From a virus, in IMG/VR virus record IMGVR_UViG_3300030616_000250, positions 1 through 64,000 of that record: 64,000 nt of DNA; one strand, 5' to 3'. Position 1 is the first letter of the stretch; each line of letters starts with the position of its first letter. The position numbers were made by a program, and so were the translations under genes. The notes under the pieces are model-generated. The model ran no database searches and was not told the origin of the DNA. It saw only the letters and a program-made list of their open reading frames with translations. Shown here piece by piece: positions 9,372-18,836 of the stretch.

Positions 9372-9677
9372 ATGGCAAACATACACATTAAACCAGACGT
9401 AGAGAGCAATCAGCCAAAGCCGTATGAGCAATACCGCAGAGGACACGGTATGCCTGCAAGTTTCATGTGGAACGTACAGACAGAGAATCGCAAGCAGTTT
9501 TACCGGAACTATGACAACTGGTTTGGGCACAAGCCTGATGAATTCATAGGTGGAAGAAACCGCCCACAGGTAAAGAGATGCAAGCGTGTTAAATGTCCCT
9601 ACGGTTATAAATCAGAGAAGAAACGATCAGGCTGTGTCATGTATGATGACGCAAGAAAGTGTGATGTGAGCTTATGA
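9372..9677 (+). CDS. Hypothetical protein with Cys-rich C-terminus
   Basis: In-frame ATG just after the leader; overlaps next gene. Confidence 0.45.
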   Translation: MANIHIKPDVESNQPKPYEQYRRGHGMPASFMWNVQTENRKQFYRNYDNWFGHKPDEFIGGRNRPQVKRCKRVKCPYGYKSEKKRSGCVMYDDARKCDVSL

Positions 9678-9961
9678 AGAAGCGGTTAAAGTTTCTTGTA
9701 GCAATGAATAACAAGGGGAAGTTTTTGGGTTTGCAAGAGTCTTTTGCTACAACTTCACCATTTGAGTGTGAACACCCATATGATGCCAAGAAGATGTTTC
9801 CATATATTATAAATGATAAAATGTTAACACCGGATTATTGGACAAACATACAGGCGCCTCCTTATTATTTTGAGAATAGTGAACGTATGAGAACTTGGCT
9901 TAAAGGATATAAAATGGTTATTGTAGAAATGGAATGTGAGGCAAAAATATTAAATGATTAA
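9674..9961 (+). CDS. Hypothetical protein
   Basis: Coupled ORF. Confidence 0.5.
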   Translation: MKKRLKFLVAMNNKGKFLGLQESFATTSPFECEHPYDAKKMFPYIINDKMLTPDYWTNIQAPPYYFENSERMRTWLKGYKMVIVEMECEAKILND

Positions 9962-10340
9962 CTACACCATAGTAACCCATAGCCTTGAAACTCTTGGCGT
10001 TCCCATGCTATTTAACATACACAAGCCTGAGAAGCGCAAGGAGAGAATAGGCTATGCACTGGTATTCACCAATCCTGATATCAAAGAAGCTATGCTCTGG
10101 GACATACAGATAGACAGAAACTACAGGAGACAGGGAGTAGCGTCTTCACTCATAGATGGAATTAAAGAAGTACATAACGCAATTACAACAAGCAACCGCA
10201 CCCCTGAAGGTGAACTCATGTGTTTGAAGAACGGTTTTGAATGGGAGAAATCAGACGGGGGAAACAGATATCTGGTATGGAGGAGAGTCAATGATAATTT
10301 GATGAACAATATTCGCAAGGAGGTCATAGATGAAGGATAA
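9954..10340 (+). CDS. GNAT-family acetyltransferase
   Basis: IQIDRNYRRQGVASSLI acetyl-CoA motif A; KNGF. Confidence 0.75.
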   Translation: MINYTIVTHSLETLGVPMLFNIHKPEKRKERIGYALVFTNPDIKEAMLWDIQIDRNYRRQGVASSLIDGIKEVHNAITTSNRTPEGELMCLKNGFEWEKSDGGNRYLVWRRVNDNLMNNIRKEVIDEG

Positions 10341-10470
10341 GGACAAATTCGGTAAACCGAGAACAGAAGCAGAACGCAAAGCACGGCACAAGAAGCTGTA
10401 TGGAAACACTAAACTTCCGCCCAGGGGCACAGGGATTAAGATGAAAGCGCGGGCAGCAGGGAGGGCATAG
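10330..10470 (+). CDS. 46-aa basic protein (not in ORF track) MKDKDKFGKPRTEAERKARHKKLYGNTKLPPRGTG...
   Basis: Manual translation; RBS AAGGAGG. Confidence 0.7.
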   Translation: MKDKDKFGKPRTEAERKARHKKLYGNTKLPPRGTGIKMKARAAGRA

Positions 10471-10704
10471 ATGTATGAATTACAGCAGAATCCCGATGGC
10501 AAAGTGCGACTTGATAACGGAGCTTGGGTACAACCAATTGCTACACTAAAAGATGAATATGGTGGCATATCACACATTATAGAAGACGACCATTGCTATG
10601 TACTTATTAACGGCAGCAAGGATCGAATTTTTAAAATGACGCACCATTGGTATGCTGAAGCAATAAAGGCTGTAGAATTTTTACCCGATTTAAAGGAGTC
10701 TTGA
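10471..10704 (+). CDS. Hypothetical protein
   Basis: RBS GGAGG; abuts the previous stop codon. Confidence 0.55.
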   Translation: MYELQQNPDGKVRLDNGAWVQPIATLKDEYGGISHIIEDDHCYVLINGSKDRIFKMTHHWYAEAIKAVEFLPDLKES

Positions 10705-10738
10705 TGAGAGAATTAAAGTATAGACAAAGGAGTTGTCA

Positions 10739-10885
10739 ATGCCGTTAACAAAAAAAGGTGCTAAAATAAAGCGCCAAATGCAAAAAACTTATGGTGGGAA
10801 AAAAGGTGAACAGGTGTTCTACGCCACAGAGAACAAGGGTAAGATACCGGGAATGGTAAAATCAAGACCTGCGGGGAGAGCATGA
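10739..10885 (+). CDS. 48-aa basic protein (not in ORF track) MPLTKKGAKIKRQMQKTYGGKKGEQVFYATENKG...
   Basis: Manual translation; RBS AAGGAG; ATGA overlap with next gene. Confidence 0.75.
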   Translation: MPLTKKGAKIKRQMQKTYGGKKGEQVFYATENKGKIPGMVKSRPAGRA

Positions 10886-11277
10886 AAGATATAATGTTAT
10901 TTTCCGGCAGGTTTGATCGTGTTCATCCGGGACACATCATAACAATACAACGACTTGGACAGCAATACGATACCGTCATAGTCTGCGTATTGGATTATAA
11001 GGGACAGCGATACCCGATAGAACAGCGGATGACCACCCTGAAAGATGCGTTGATGAATTCAAAGGGTAACTACATTGTCATATCAAATAAGGCTCACTTC
11101 GGGGAAATAACCATTGAAGACCTTGACAAATTGCCAATGTTTACCTATTATGGAGCAGGTAACGAAAAGGTATTAAACCACATGAGAGAGCTATCTGAGA
11201 CAATGGGAGTGCCAAAAGAAAGAATTATATTCGTTGAGAGATATCCTAACTACACAGCGTCAAAGGAAGACCGATGA
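10882..11277 (+). CDS. Cytidylyltransferase-like (HxGH) nucleotidyltransferase
   Basis: SGRFDRVHPGH; C-terminal RYPNYTAS (TagD-like RxxxxSS). Confidence 0.8.
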   Translation: MKDIMLFSGRFDRVHPGHIITIQRLGQQYDTVIVCVLDYKGQRYPIEQRMTTLKDALMNSKGNYIVISNKAHFGEITIEDLDKLPMFTYYGAGNEKVLNHMRELSETMGVPKERIIFVERYPNYTASKEDR

Positions 11278-11397
11278 AATACAGATTAACTGGTAAGGGC
11301 TCATACGATACATACAAGCCCAAAAAACCTAAGCAGCCGAAGAAGCCTGAAGCAAGGCGTGTTAAGGTAGTGCTTGCCCCAAAGTACGGAAAGGTGA

Positions 11398-12210
11398 ATG
11401 GTGAAAAATAAGCTCTGCATAACCACAGTGGTTGACCAGAACTACCAACACTATATCCCGTTATTCATATACACGTTAAAGAAATCCTATCCCGATTATC
11501 ACATAAAGCTATTCACCCACGGTAATTTTAATCAGCAGGTGCAGAACGCATTAAAACTGATAGACTATGATTATACCATAGTACCCGATCTCTTCAATAA
11601 ATATGCCAAATACAAATACTCTCCTATATCATGGAGATTTGTAATTCCCCCCGAACATTACAAAGAATACGACTACGTTTATATCACTGACATAGATATG
11701 ATGATACTGGAAGAAAAGATATCCCTGCTCAATTTCCACCTGAATGAAATGGGAGAAACCGGCCTGTGTTATTCCAACAGCAAGAGAAACGCTAAGCATT
11801 GGGAGGGACACCGCAGCCTGACCGGACTACACTTTGTATCCCAGAAATGGTTTGAGAAGACAGAGAAGGCGAGAAAGAAATATGACGAGCTATTGAGAAC
11901 AGGCTCAGTAGGAGAGAAGCGTGAGTTTGACGGTCACATGCTATATTTAATGGCAAAGGAAAGCGGATTGAAAACACCTGATAAGTCACCTCTAACTGGG
12001 AGACATCACGGGATACATCTTGGCAATTTCAGGCTATTTCATTCCTATAAGAAGCTCAACAAGAGAATGGGGCCACAACGCTGCGGACAATGGAAAAAGA
12101 TAAGAGAGACAGAAACCTTTGAAAAGATATACCGTTTTGTATCAAGCGACCCGATTGTACGACAGCAGATTGAACAGCTTGACGCACATTGTAAAAGGAG
12201 GTTAGGGTGA
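11398..12210 (+). CDS. GT-A fold glycosyltransferase (GT8-like)
   Basis: TTVVDQNYQHY, YDYVYITDID (DxD). Confidence 0.65.
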   Translation: MVKNKLCITTVVDQNYQHYIPLFIYTLKKSYPDYHIKLFTHGNFNQQVQNALKLIDYDYTIVPDLFNKYAKYKYSPISWRFVIPPEHYKEYDYVYITDIDMMILEEKISLLNFHLNEMGETGLCYSNSKRNAKHWEGHRSLTGLHFVSQKWFEKTEKARKKYDELLRTGSVGEKREFDGHMLYLMAKESGLKTPDKSPLTGRHHGIHLGNFRLFHSYKKLNKRMGPQRCGQWKKIRETETFEKIYRFVSSDPIVRQQIEQLDAHCKRRLG

Positions 12211-12476
12211 TAGACGAAAAAATGTGTCCAGCATATAATAAAAAGAAATGTAGAATAACCAAAAAATTGTGTAATCAATTTGATTGTGATACATTTGGTA
12301 AATGGTGTGAATATCTTAGGAAACACATGGATGAGGGTTTAAAAAAAGAGGCAAGAATGTGGAAATGTAAATATGATGAGTTGGCAAAAGACCTTGGTGA
12401 TTTAAAAGATTATGATATTGCCGATTTAAACAGATTGGTTAAAATTATAAAGAGAATGGTAGGTACAAGGTTTTGA
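12207..12476 (+). CDS. Cys-rich hypothetical protein
   Basis: Coupled ORF. Confidence 0.5.
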   Translation: MIDEKMCPAYNKKKCRITKKLCNQFDCDTFGKWCEYLRKHMDEGLKKEARMWKCKYDELAKDLGDLKDYDIADLNRLVKIIKRMVGTRF

Positions 12477-13423
12477 AAATACTTTTTATTGCGGATGTCC
12501 GAAACTGGGTCTTCGACAACATAGGCAAGATGCTACAGAAGTATGGCTCTAACACCTATACCGTGAGATACGGCAGGAAGTCAAAGTATAAGAAGTGTTG
12601 GAAGAATCTTGACCAGTTTGACCTTGTATTGTTTCCAGTCGACACGCGTCCCGACCGTGTAATCAAAGACCACAAGATAATAGTGCCTCCTGAAAAGCTT
12701 GTAATGATGATACGCTGTGATGTATTTCAACTATGCAAACCTAAGAGACTTGCCTATTATGAAAGCACCAAGCTAATGAACCGTAGAGTAAAAGCGTTCC
12801 TATGTTCCAATAAAGCCCTCTATGATGTGTTCAGGAAGAAGTACAACCGACCCTGCTACTATGCTCCCGGAGGTGTCGATACAGAACTATTTAAGCCTCC
12901 CACTGCTAAGGTTTGGAATAATCCTCCCCGTGTCGGCTGGGCTGGTAGCAGGGACTTTTTCGGCAAGGAACGTAGAGGTATTGACCTCATAGAAGAAGCT
13001 GTTAAGCAGTTAGGGTGGATATGGAATCCTGCATACAGAGAGGACAAGTGGCGCACCCCCGAAGAAATGGTTAAGTATTATCAGGAAGAAATAGATATCT
13101 ACATTGACTGTGACAGGGCACCGGGGAGACAGAATGGGCTATTGGAAGCAGGGGCTTGTGGGTTGCCGTTGGTTTGCACTAAGCATGGAATAGGAAATAA
13201 GTTAGTATATGCAAGACAGGTAGAAAGAAATGTAAGTGCTATTAAGCAAGGGTTAAGGTCAACATATCATACTTTTTATATAGAGTATAAAGAAAATCCT
13301 GTTTTCAAAAAGTGGAATTATAATATAGCCTTAGCAGAAGAAATAAAGTCTCGTTGGTCATGGCAGCACCATATTAAACTGTGGGAGGAGATGTTTTTAA
13401 AAATTGTTAGGAACGGAGAGTAA
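12473..13423 (+). CDS. GT-B glycosyltransferase (GT4-like)
   Basis: GGVDTELFKP, VGWAG, LLEAGACGLPLV. Confidence 0.85.
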   Translation: MKILFIADVRNWVFDNIGKMLQKYGSNTYTVRYGRKSKYKKCWKNLDQFDLVLFPVDTRPDRVIKDHKIIVPPEKLVMMIRCDVFQLCKPKRLAYYESTKLMNRRVKAFLCSNKALYDVFRKKYNRPCYYAPGGVDTELFKPPTAKVWNNPPRVGWAGSRDFFGKERRGIDLIEEAVKQLGWIWNPAYREDKWRTPEEMVKYYQEEIDIYIDCDRAPGRQNGLLEAGACGLPLVCTKHGIGNKLVYARQVERNVSAIKQGLRSTYHTFYIEYKENPVFKKWNYNIALAEEIKSRWSWQHHIKLWEEMFLKIVRNGE

Positions 13424-13424
13424 T

Positions 13425-13826
13425 ATGGATTTAAAATCAGTGTCAGAAGAGGTGATTTCAACATTTGCAGAAAAATTAAAGGATTGTAGTGATTATGAAA
13501 TATTAGAATTAATGGGAAGAAACCCAAAACGTGATAATTATATGTTACATGGGGGTAATTGGATTCCAACAAACGTATCATTACCACCAATGTTTGAGAC
13601 TGTATTTGTGCGAGGGGATACAAAAGAATATCCATTTCATTTATATTGTGCAAGGCGTTGGACTGGGTGGTCATCCGGTTGGCCTGGCATAAGCGAAGGC
13701 AAGGAGCCACCTTGGGATTGGATAGCGTCTCCTTCTGATTTTCCTATAACAAATGTTACACACTGGTTTCCTATGCCAAGAGGAGAGAGAAAATATGAAA
13801 ATAAAGTTAGTACATCCTTTGGGTAG
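13425..13826 (+). CDS. DUF551-like phage protein
   Basis: WIPTNVSLPP ... NVTHWFPMP. Confidence 0.6.
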   Translation: MDLKSVSEEVISTFAEKLKDCSDYEILELMGRNPKRDNYMLHGGNWIPTNVSLPPMFETVFVRGDTKEYPFHLYCARRWTGWSSGWPGISEGKEPPWDWIASPSDFPITNVTHWFPMPRGERKYENKVSTSFG

Positions 13827-14400
13827 TTAGTTGCAAAATTTGAAATATTGGATTATAACAGGAGAAATTTTTGATGTGTAACGGAGGTTATTTCGGTATT
13901 GGAATCGAACATGGAAAAAATGAGTTAAATTATGGCACATTGTATAGAACGGCGGGTATCTTGGGAGCTAAATTTTTATTTATAATTGGGAAACGTTTTC
14001 AGCAACAATCATCTGACACAATAAAATCTTGGCGACACGTCCCAATGTTTTCGTATCCAACCTTTAATGATTTTTATAAAAATTTACCTCACGATTGTAT
14101 GTTAATTGGCGTTGAGATGATGCCAGAAGCAAGCTACCTTGAAAGGTTCACACATCCAGAGCGAGCATGTTATTTGTTAGGAGCCGAAGATCATGGGTTA
14201 ACTAAACTTGCTATATCCAAATGTCATAAGTTTGTAAGGTTGCAGGGCGAGCACTCTTTGAACGTAAGTGTTGCAGGTTCAATTGTAATCTATGACAGGT
14301 TATCAAAAATTTCTCCTGCAAGATAATATGGAAATTTCAAATTCAACACACAACAGCCAAATGGTTAAACTAAAAAGCGAGCTTCACCATTAGGCATACG
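13827..14400 (+). mobile_element. Integron-type gene cassette carrying a TrmH methyltransferase
   Basis: Begins at G|TT (13826); single ORF; ends in attC-like element 14348-14406; AATTTGAAAT after the 5' GTT is the inverted copy of ATTTCAAATT before the AAC, at the same offset. Confidence 0.65.
13874..14326 (+). CDS. TrmH/SpoU-family (SPOUT) RNA methyltransferase
   Basis: NYGTLYRTA, LLGAEDHGL, SLNVSVAGSI. Confidence 0.9.
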   Translation: MCNGGYFGIGIEHGKNELNYGTLYRTAGILGAKFLFIIGKRFQQQSSDTIKSWRHVPMFSYPTFNDFYKNLPHDCMLIGVEMMPEASYLERFTHPERACYLLGAEDHGLTKLAISKCHKFVRLQGEHSLNVSVAGSIVIYDRLSKISPAR

Positions 14401-14406
14401 TTGTTA
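14348..14406 (+). other. attC-like recombination site (59 bp)
   Basis: ACACAAC-AGCCAAATGGT...ACCATTAGGC-ATAC-GTTGTTA imperfect palindrome. Confidence 0.65.
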
Positions 14407-14422
14407 ATATAGGAGAAAACAA

Positions 14423-15136
14423 ATGGAATTAAAACCAATACCAAACCCTGAGTGGCAAAAGAAGTACAACCTGTTAATGCTCGACCCGTATCTCAATCGC
14501 AAGTACAACCGTGAGAAACGTATCAAAGACCACAGAAAATACATGGGTAATTGCACTCCTGAGCTAAAGAACTGCACGGGAAAGAACGTACTTGAAATCG
14601 GCCCCGCTATGGGAGAGTGGTTGGAGATATGCAGGGAGTTCGGTCATAATGTCTTTGGCATTGACGCAGTAGTCACGGACAACGAAATGGGAGATGAATA
14701 CGCTCAGATGTCCAAGCTTATGACAGAACGGCAGGAGATTGATGTATTATACACCGGCTTTGACCGATACCTTTTAATGGACTTGGAGTACCGACAGGGT
14801 ATAATACCAAACGGTTCTATCTTTTATATTAATCTTCGCGGTTGTATAGAGCAGGTGTTCAAGGATTACATGACAGGCCCCCCACACAAACAGACAAAAG
14901 ACTGTTCACAGTTAGCATGGAAAGACACACCGGAAACGTGGGAGATGTTTGAGAGAATGTTCACCGAGTTTGACAGAATGCTTGAGGACGGCGGGTATAT
15001 CTATATCTGGGCAAACGGGTCAAAGAACAATCCAACCTATGACAATTACATACTTGAGACGTTGAAGAAGTTCCCGCAGCTTCAGTTATTCAAAAAGGTT
15101 GGCAAGGTACAACATAAGATAAGGAAGATGGCGTGA
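14423..15136 (+). CDS. Class I SAM-dependent methyltransferase
   Basis: VLEIGPAMG, GID, RMLEDGGYI. Confidence 0.75.
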   Translation: MELKPIPNPEWQKKYNLLMLDPYLNRKYNREKRIKDHRKYMGNCTPELKNCTGKNVLEIGPAMGEWLEICREFGHNVFGIDAVVTDNEMGDEYAQMSKLMTERQEIDVLYTGFDRYLLMDLEYRQGIIPNGSIFYINLRGCIEQVFKDYMTGPPHKQTKDCSQLAWKDTPETWEMFERMFTEFDRMLEDGGYIYIWANGSKNNPTYDNYILETLKKFPQLQLFKKVGKVQHKIRKMA

Positions 15137-15525
15137 GACGAAAATTAAGCTTATGGCAGGAATTAGAAGATGATTGGCAGGAAAAGTTTCAAGAACCAAG
15201 AGATGATTTATGGGTAAGTGGAATTGGGTATATCAAAATATTACAGCGAGAAACAGAAATTTTTCCAAGAATGAAATATGAAGGTGACAAGTCAAACAAA
15301 AAAAGAATCACTCGTAAAAAGAATATTATATGGGAAGTAGGTGATGTTGTAAGTGTTTCAGTGGGGGAAATATTTAAAAAGAAAGAAGAAACAAAAGATA
15401 ACATTACTGAATTGACCATTGAAAATAACCCACAAGGTGATGGGTGTATAGGCAAGCTAAAGTTAATAAAAATAGAGCCTCACAAAGATTTTGACAATCT
15501 ATACTTTGAAGTTGTGGAGTTTTGA
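15133..15525 (+). CDS. Hypothetical protein
   Basis: Coupled ORF. Confidence 0.5.
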   Translation: MRRKLSLWQELEDDWQEKFQEPRDDLWVSGIGYIKILQRETEIFPRMKYEGDKSNKKRITRKKNIIWEVGDVVSVSVGEIFKKKEETKDNITELTIENNPQGDGCIGKLKLIKIEPHKDFDNLYFEVVEF

Positions 15526-16553
15526 TGAAAGTACCAAAGGATAAGTTCAGAATAGTATTTCTCTGTGACAGGAAGATATACACTACAAAAATGAGTCGTG
15601 TTAGATTTCATGGCATAGATGCTATCAAGCGTCATCCGGGAGTGTGGCTTAAAAAGACCGGGCCGGGATGGAAAGATTTCTGCGGTTGCAAGAACGTAGA
15701 CAGAGAGTATCAGCCTCACTTGGTAATCTGGTACAAGCCTTTGGGAATGCCTCATTACAATAAAATCAAAGCCCCGCGTTGTCTCAGGTACAATGAAATG
15801 TGGGATTCCAAGTGGACTAAGCACGAGATAAAAACCTCTGACAGTCGATTGGTGATTTGTCATCACTTTAATGACATAGAGCGTTTCAATGGTAAGCTTG
15901 ACCCCAAGTACAAATTGGTACATAATCCACATTGCGCCGAGAAGGATATATTCAAAGACTACGGTCATTCTAAAACCATTGACGTTCTTCTGGTGGGAAA
16001 GGTGAGTGGTAGCGTATATCCTCTCCGTGCAAAGTTTAAGAGGACAATACTTAAAAAGCTTCGCTCTAAGGGGTGGAACGCTACCTTTCACCAACACCCA
16101 AGCTATAAGAAGCCGGGAGAGGAAGCTATTAAACGACAGGTGAAAAGCTATGCAGAATCCATTAACAGGGCGTGGATAGGTGTAACCGATGCCTCAGACT
16201 TCCACTACGCTCTTGCAAAACACAGTGAAATACCTATGTGTAAGACTCTCCTGTGCAGCGATCTACCCCGTGAGAACCAGGAATGGTATCGCAAATGGAT
16301 GCTCTATATAAGCAAAGACTACAATGCAGATAAAATAGTTTCCATAATAGAACCGTACCTGAAAGACAAAAAGAAACTGAAAGCCTTGATAGACAAAGGA
16401 TACACTGAGAACATGAAGTATCGCACACAGGAAGACTACGCAAGAAGGTTCATGCACATAGCACAGGACTTTGTAGGTGGTAAGATGAACGGGTATGACT
16501 TTGCGAGGGATAGCAGGTTATATTACAATGGAGGGGAGAGTGAATATGTATAA
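15522..16553 (+). CDS. GT-B glycosyltransferase (CgeB/Glyco_trans_1_2-like)
   Basis: IDVLLVG...YPLR, YAESINRA, KHSEIPMCKTLL. Confidence 0.7.
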   Translation: MMKVPKDKFRIVFLCDRKIYTTKMSRVRFHGIDAIKRHPGVWLKKTGPGWKDFCGCKNVDREYQPHLVIWYKPLGMPHYNKIKAPRCLRYNEMWDSKWTKHEIKTSDSRLVICHHFNDIERFNGKLDPKYKLVHNPHCAEKDIFKDYGHSKTIDVLLVGKVSGSVYPLRAKFKRTILKKLRSKGWNATFHQHPSYKKPGEEAIKRQVKSYAESINRAWIGVTDASDFHYALAKHSEIPMCKTLLCSDLPRENQEWYRKWMLYISKDYNADKIVSIIEPYLKDKKKLKALIDKGYTENMKYRTQEDYARRFMHIAQDFVGGKMNGYDFARDSRLYYNGGESEYV

Positions 16554-16772
16554 ATACCTAAATAGGAGGTTATATGATAAAAACTACTTGTGACTTTTGT
16601 GGAGAAGAAATAAAAATTAACAATGGTGTTTTGGTGAAAGTTAAAGAAAATGTAAGCTTTACATTTAGAGGTGGCACTGAACATGTGAAGAGTGATAAAC
16701 CAGAATTTGGTAATATTATGGTACATAGAGATGTTTGTGAAAAATGTGTTGAGAAATTTTTAAAAGAGAAAT

Positions 16773-17417
16773 ATGCAAATACCTAAATACTTCGCACACC
16801 GGGGAATAATCTCTCAGGAGAATACTATCTCAGGCTTTGAAAGGGCTCTGGAATTAGGAGCGCCTGGAATAGAGCTTGACGTACATTTCTACCATGACAG
16901 ATTAAAGGTAACACATTATAAAAGCCTTCTCGGTAGAAAGAGTGTGCCATACTTTGAAGAGGTATTAGACGCTATCCTTGAAAAGTGCAAGGAGCTTAAA
17001 CGAAAGAAACCTATACTCAACATAGACCTGAAGGGCAGGGGAACCGGGAAGATTGCCGTTAAGCAGATAAAGGGCAAGTGGGATATAGACGAAGTTATCC
17101 TCACATCATTCATGGTATTAACCGGAGATTCCAGAGTACGGTATCAGGAGCTTGTTAATACACGGGACTATTCCAAAGACGTTCCCATCGGTATAATCGG
17201 CTATGCAAATGATATTAAAAGATATCTTCACTTTATAAGAGAATTAAAAGCCTGTGCTTTGATAACCAAGTACAGCAATACATATACAAAGGAATTCGTA
17301 GACACAGTACACAAACATAACCTGTACGCTATTCCCTGGAATGTAAATGACAAGAATTATGAGGAAGTGGTTAAGACAGGGGTGGACGGAGTGATAAAAG
17401 ATGTACACGACCAATAA
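16773..17417 (+). CDS. Glycerophosphodiester phosphodiesterase (GDPD)
   Basis: AHRG, ENT, IELDV, NIDLK, WNVND, GVDGVI. Confidence 0.9.
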   Translation: MQIPKYFAHRGIISQENTISGFERALELGAPGIELDVHFYHDRLKVTHYKSLLGRKSVPYFEEVLDAILEKCKELKRKKPILNIDLKGRGTGKIAVKQIKGKWDIDEVILTSFMVLTGDSRVRYQELVNTRDYSKDVPIGIIGYANDIKRYLHFIRELKACALITKYSNTYTKEFVDTVHKHNLYAIPWNVNDKNYEEVVKTGVDGVIKDVHDQ

Positions 17418-18057
17418 ACACGTTTTCATCCATTGCAACAAAACAGGTGGAGTCTTTGTAAAGGACTGGATGATAAAACATCTTGGCGCAAAGGTACACC
17501 GCTACAAACACTCCCCTATCCGTATGCTCGATTCAAAACACCATAACAAAACAAAAATAGGATGTACAAGAAATCCATTTTCTTGGTATGTTTCGTACTA
17601 CGAGTATTTGGTGCAGAACAATGTATTGACCACTATGGACTTCCCGCAATTCCTGTTCACCTATACCGAACACCCCAGAGCGTTATTTGATTTTATGGGC
17701 AGGAAGATACGCAGGAAGTACGAGAACCTGTATCCGCCAAAGACAAAACTAAAGATAGGCAGTTGGACTTTTCATTACATAAATTATTTTAGTTATAACG
17801 CAAATAACATTCTCAAACAAAAGGTGATTGCAACGGTAGACCCATCAAACCTTGACGTGCTCATGCGCACAGAAACACTCAAAAAAGATATGATAAAACT
17901 ATTCGGTGAAGAACACCGGGAATCAATAGAGAACTTCCCCCGGAAGAACGCTACTAAGCGCAAGCCCTATCGTGAGTATTATAACGATGAGCTTCGTTCA
18001 ATAGTTGAACAGAGGGATGGAGTTTTAATGGAGTATTTAGGTTATGAATACGAATAG
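17401..18057 (+). CDS. Sulfotransferase (Sulfotransfer_2-like)
   Basis: FIHCNKTGG (5'-PSB), RNPFSWYVSYY (3'-PB), YREYY...D. Confidence 0.85.
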   Translation: MYTTNKHVFIHCNKTGGVFVKDWMIKHLGAKVHRYKHSPIRMLDSKHHNKTKIGCTRNPFSWYVSYYEYLVQNNVLTTMDFPQFLFTYTEHPRALFDFMGRKIRRKYENLYPPKTKLKIGSWTFHYINYFSYNANNILKQKVIATVDPSNLDVLMRTETLKKDMIKLFGEEHRESIENFPRKNATKRKPYREYYNDELRSIVEQRDGVLMEYLGYEYE

Positions 18058-18304
18058 CCTGCTTCCGAGAGAGTTGAAAACAAACGATGAAACATATCCA
18101 TTAGATTGGAATGAATTAAATCGTAGGGCAAGCCCAGAGGATATGTACATAATAAATTTTATGGAGTATAATAGTATGAGTTTTAAAGTATGCGAGTGTG
18201 GCAACAACATATTTCTTGTAAGCATTAGTAACAATACTCTTGTTTATAAGTGTACTCACTGTGGGAGAATGGAAGTAGTTACGCTTGATGGGAACGTCGA
18301 TTAA
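18044..18304 (+). CDS. Zn-ribbon hypothetical protein
   Basis: CECG...CTHCG. Confidence 0.5.
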   Translation: MNTNSLLPRELKTNDETYPLDWNELNRRASPEDMYIINFMEYNSMSFKVCECGNNIFLVSISNNTLVYKCTHCGRMEVVTLDGNVD

Positions 18305-18836
18305 AAAATATCTGGTCTGGTGTAACATTGAAAGAAGTGTTATGAAAGCATTTCTCCAGATGTTTCAAACCGATTATAAGAACGTCCGGGTACAGACCAA
18401 CAATCCAAGCCGTGTCAAGGTAGACGAGCTATTTGACCACGAGGAGTGGGCTGATATGCTCAGAATACACTATGAGCTTATCGACAGGTATGAGAGAGAC
18501 GGCAGGGAAGCCAACTATATGGATTTGGAATTCTGGAAGATAGAACACGCCAACGCACCAAAGGGAATAAAGAACAGCTTCACCCAGAGACGTGTAGATG
18601 AATTCCTGTCCCTGTATAAGAGCATAAAGAAAAAGGGATACTACAAAGAGGATAAAAAGCTTATCAAGGCAATCTGGATAGAGGGTTTTGAAATCAAGGA
18701 AGAACCGAAGTGGAGAAGCCGGATAACAGAGAAATACTACAGATTGAACGGTAAGCGCAGGATAATATGCTGTAAATATCTGGGAATCGAGGAGATTCCT
18801 ATTAGCTTGATAAAGGTAAAGGTGGTGAAATTATGA
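18288..18836 (+). CDS. ParB/Srx-like domain protein
   Basis: LYKSIKKKGY ... YRLNGKRR (DGxHR-like) ... LGIEEIP. Confidence 0.55.
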   Translation: MGTSIKKYLVWCNIERSVMKAFLQMFQTDYKNVRVQTNNPSRVKVDELFDHEEWADMLRIHYELIDRYERDGREANYMDLEFWKIEHANAPKGIKNSFTQRRVDEFLSLYKSIKKKGYYKEDKKLIKAIWIEGFEIKEEPKWRSRITEKYYRLNGKRRIICCKYLGIEEIPISLIKVKVVKL

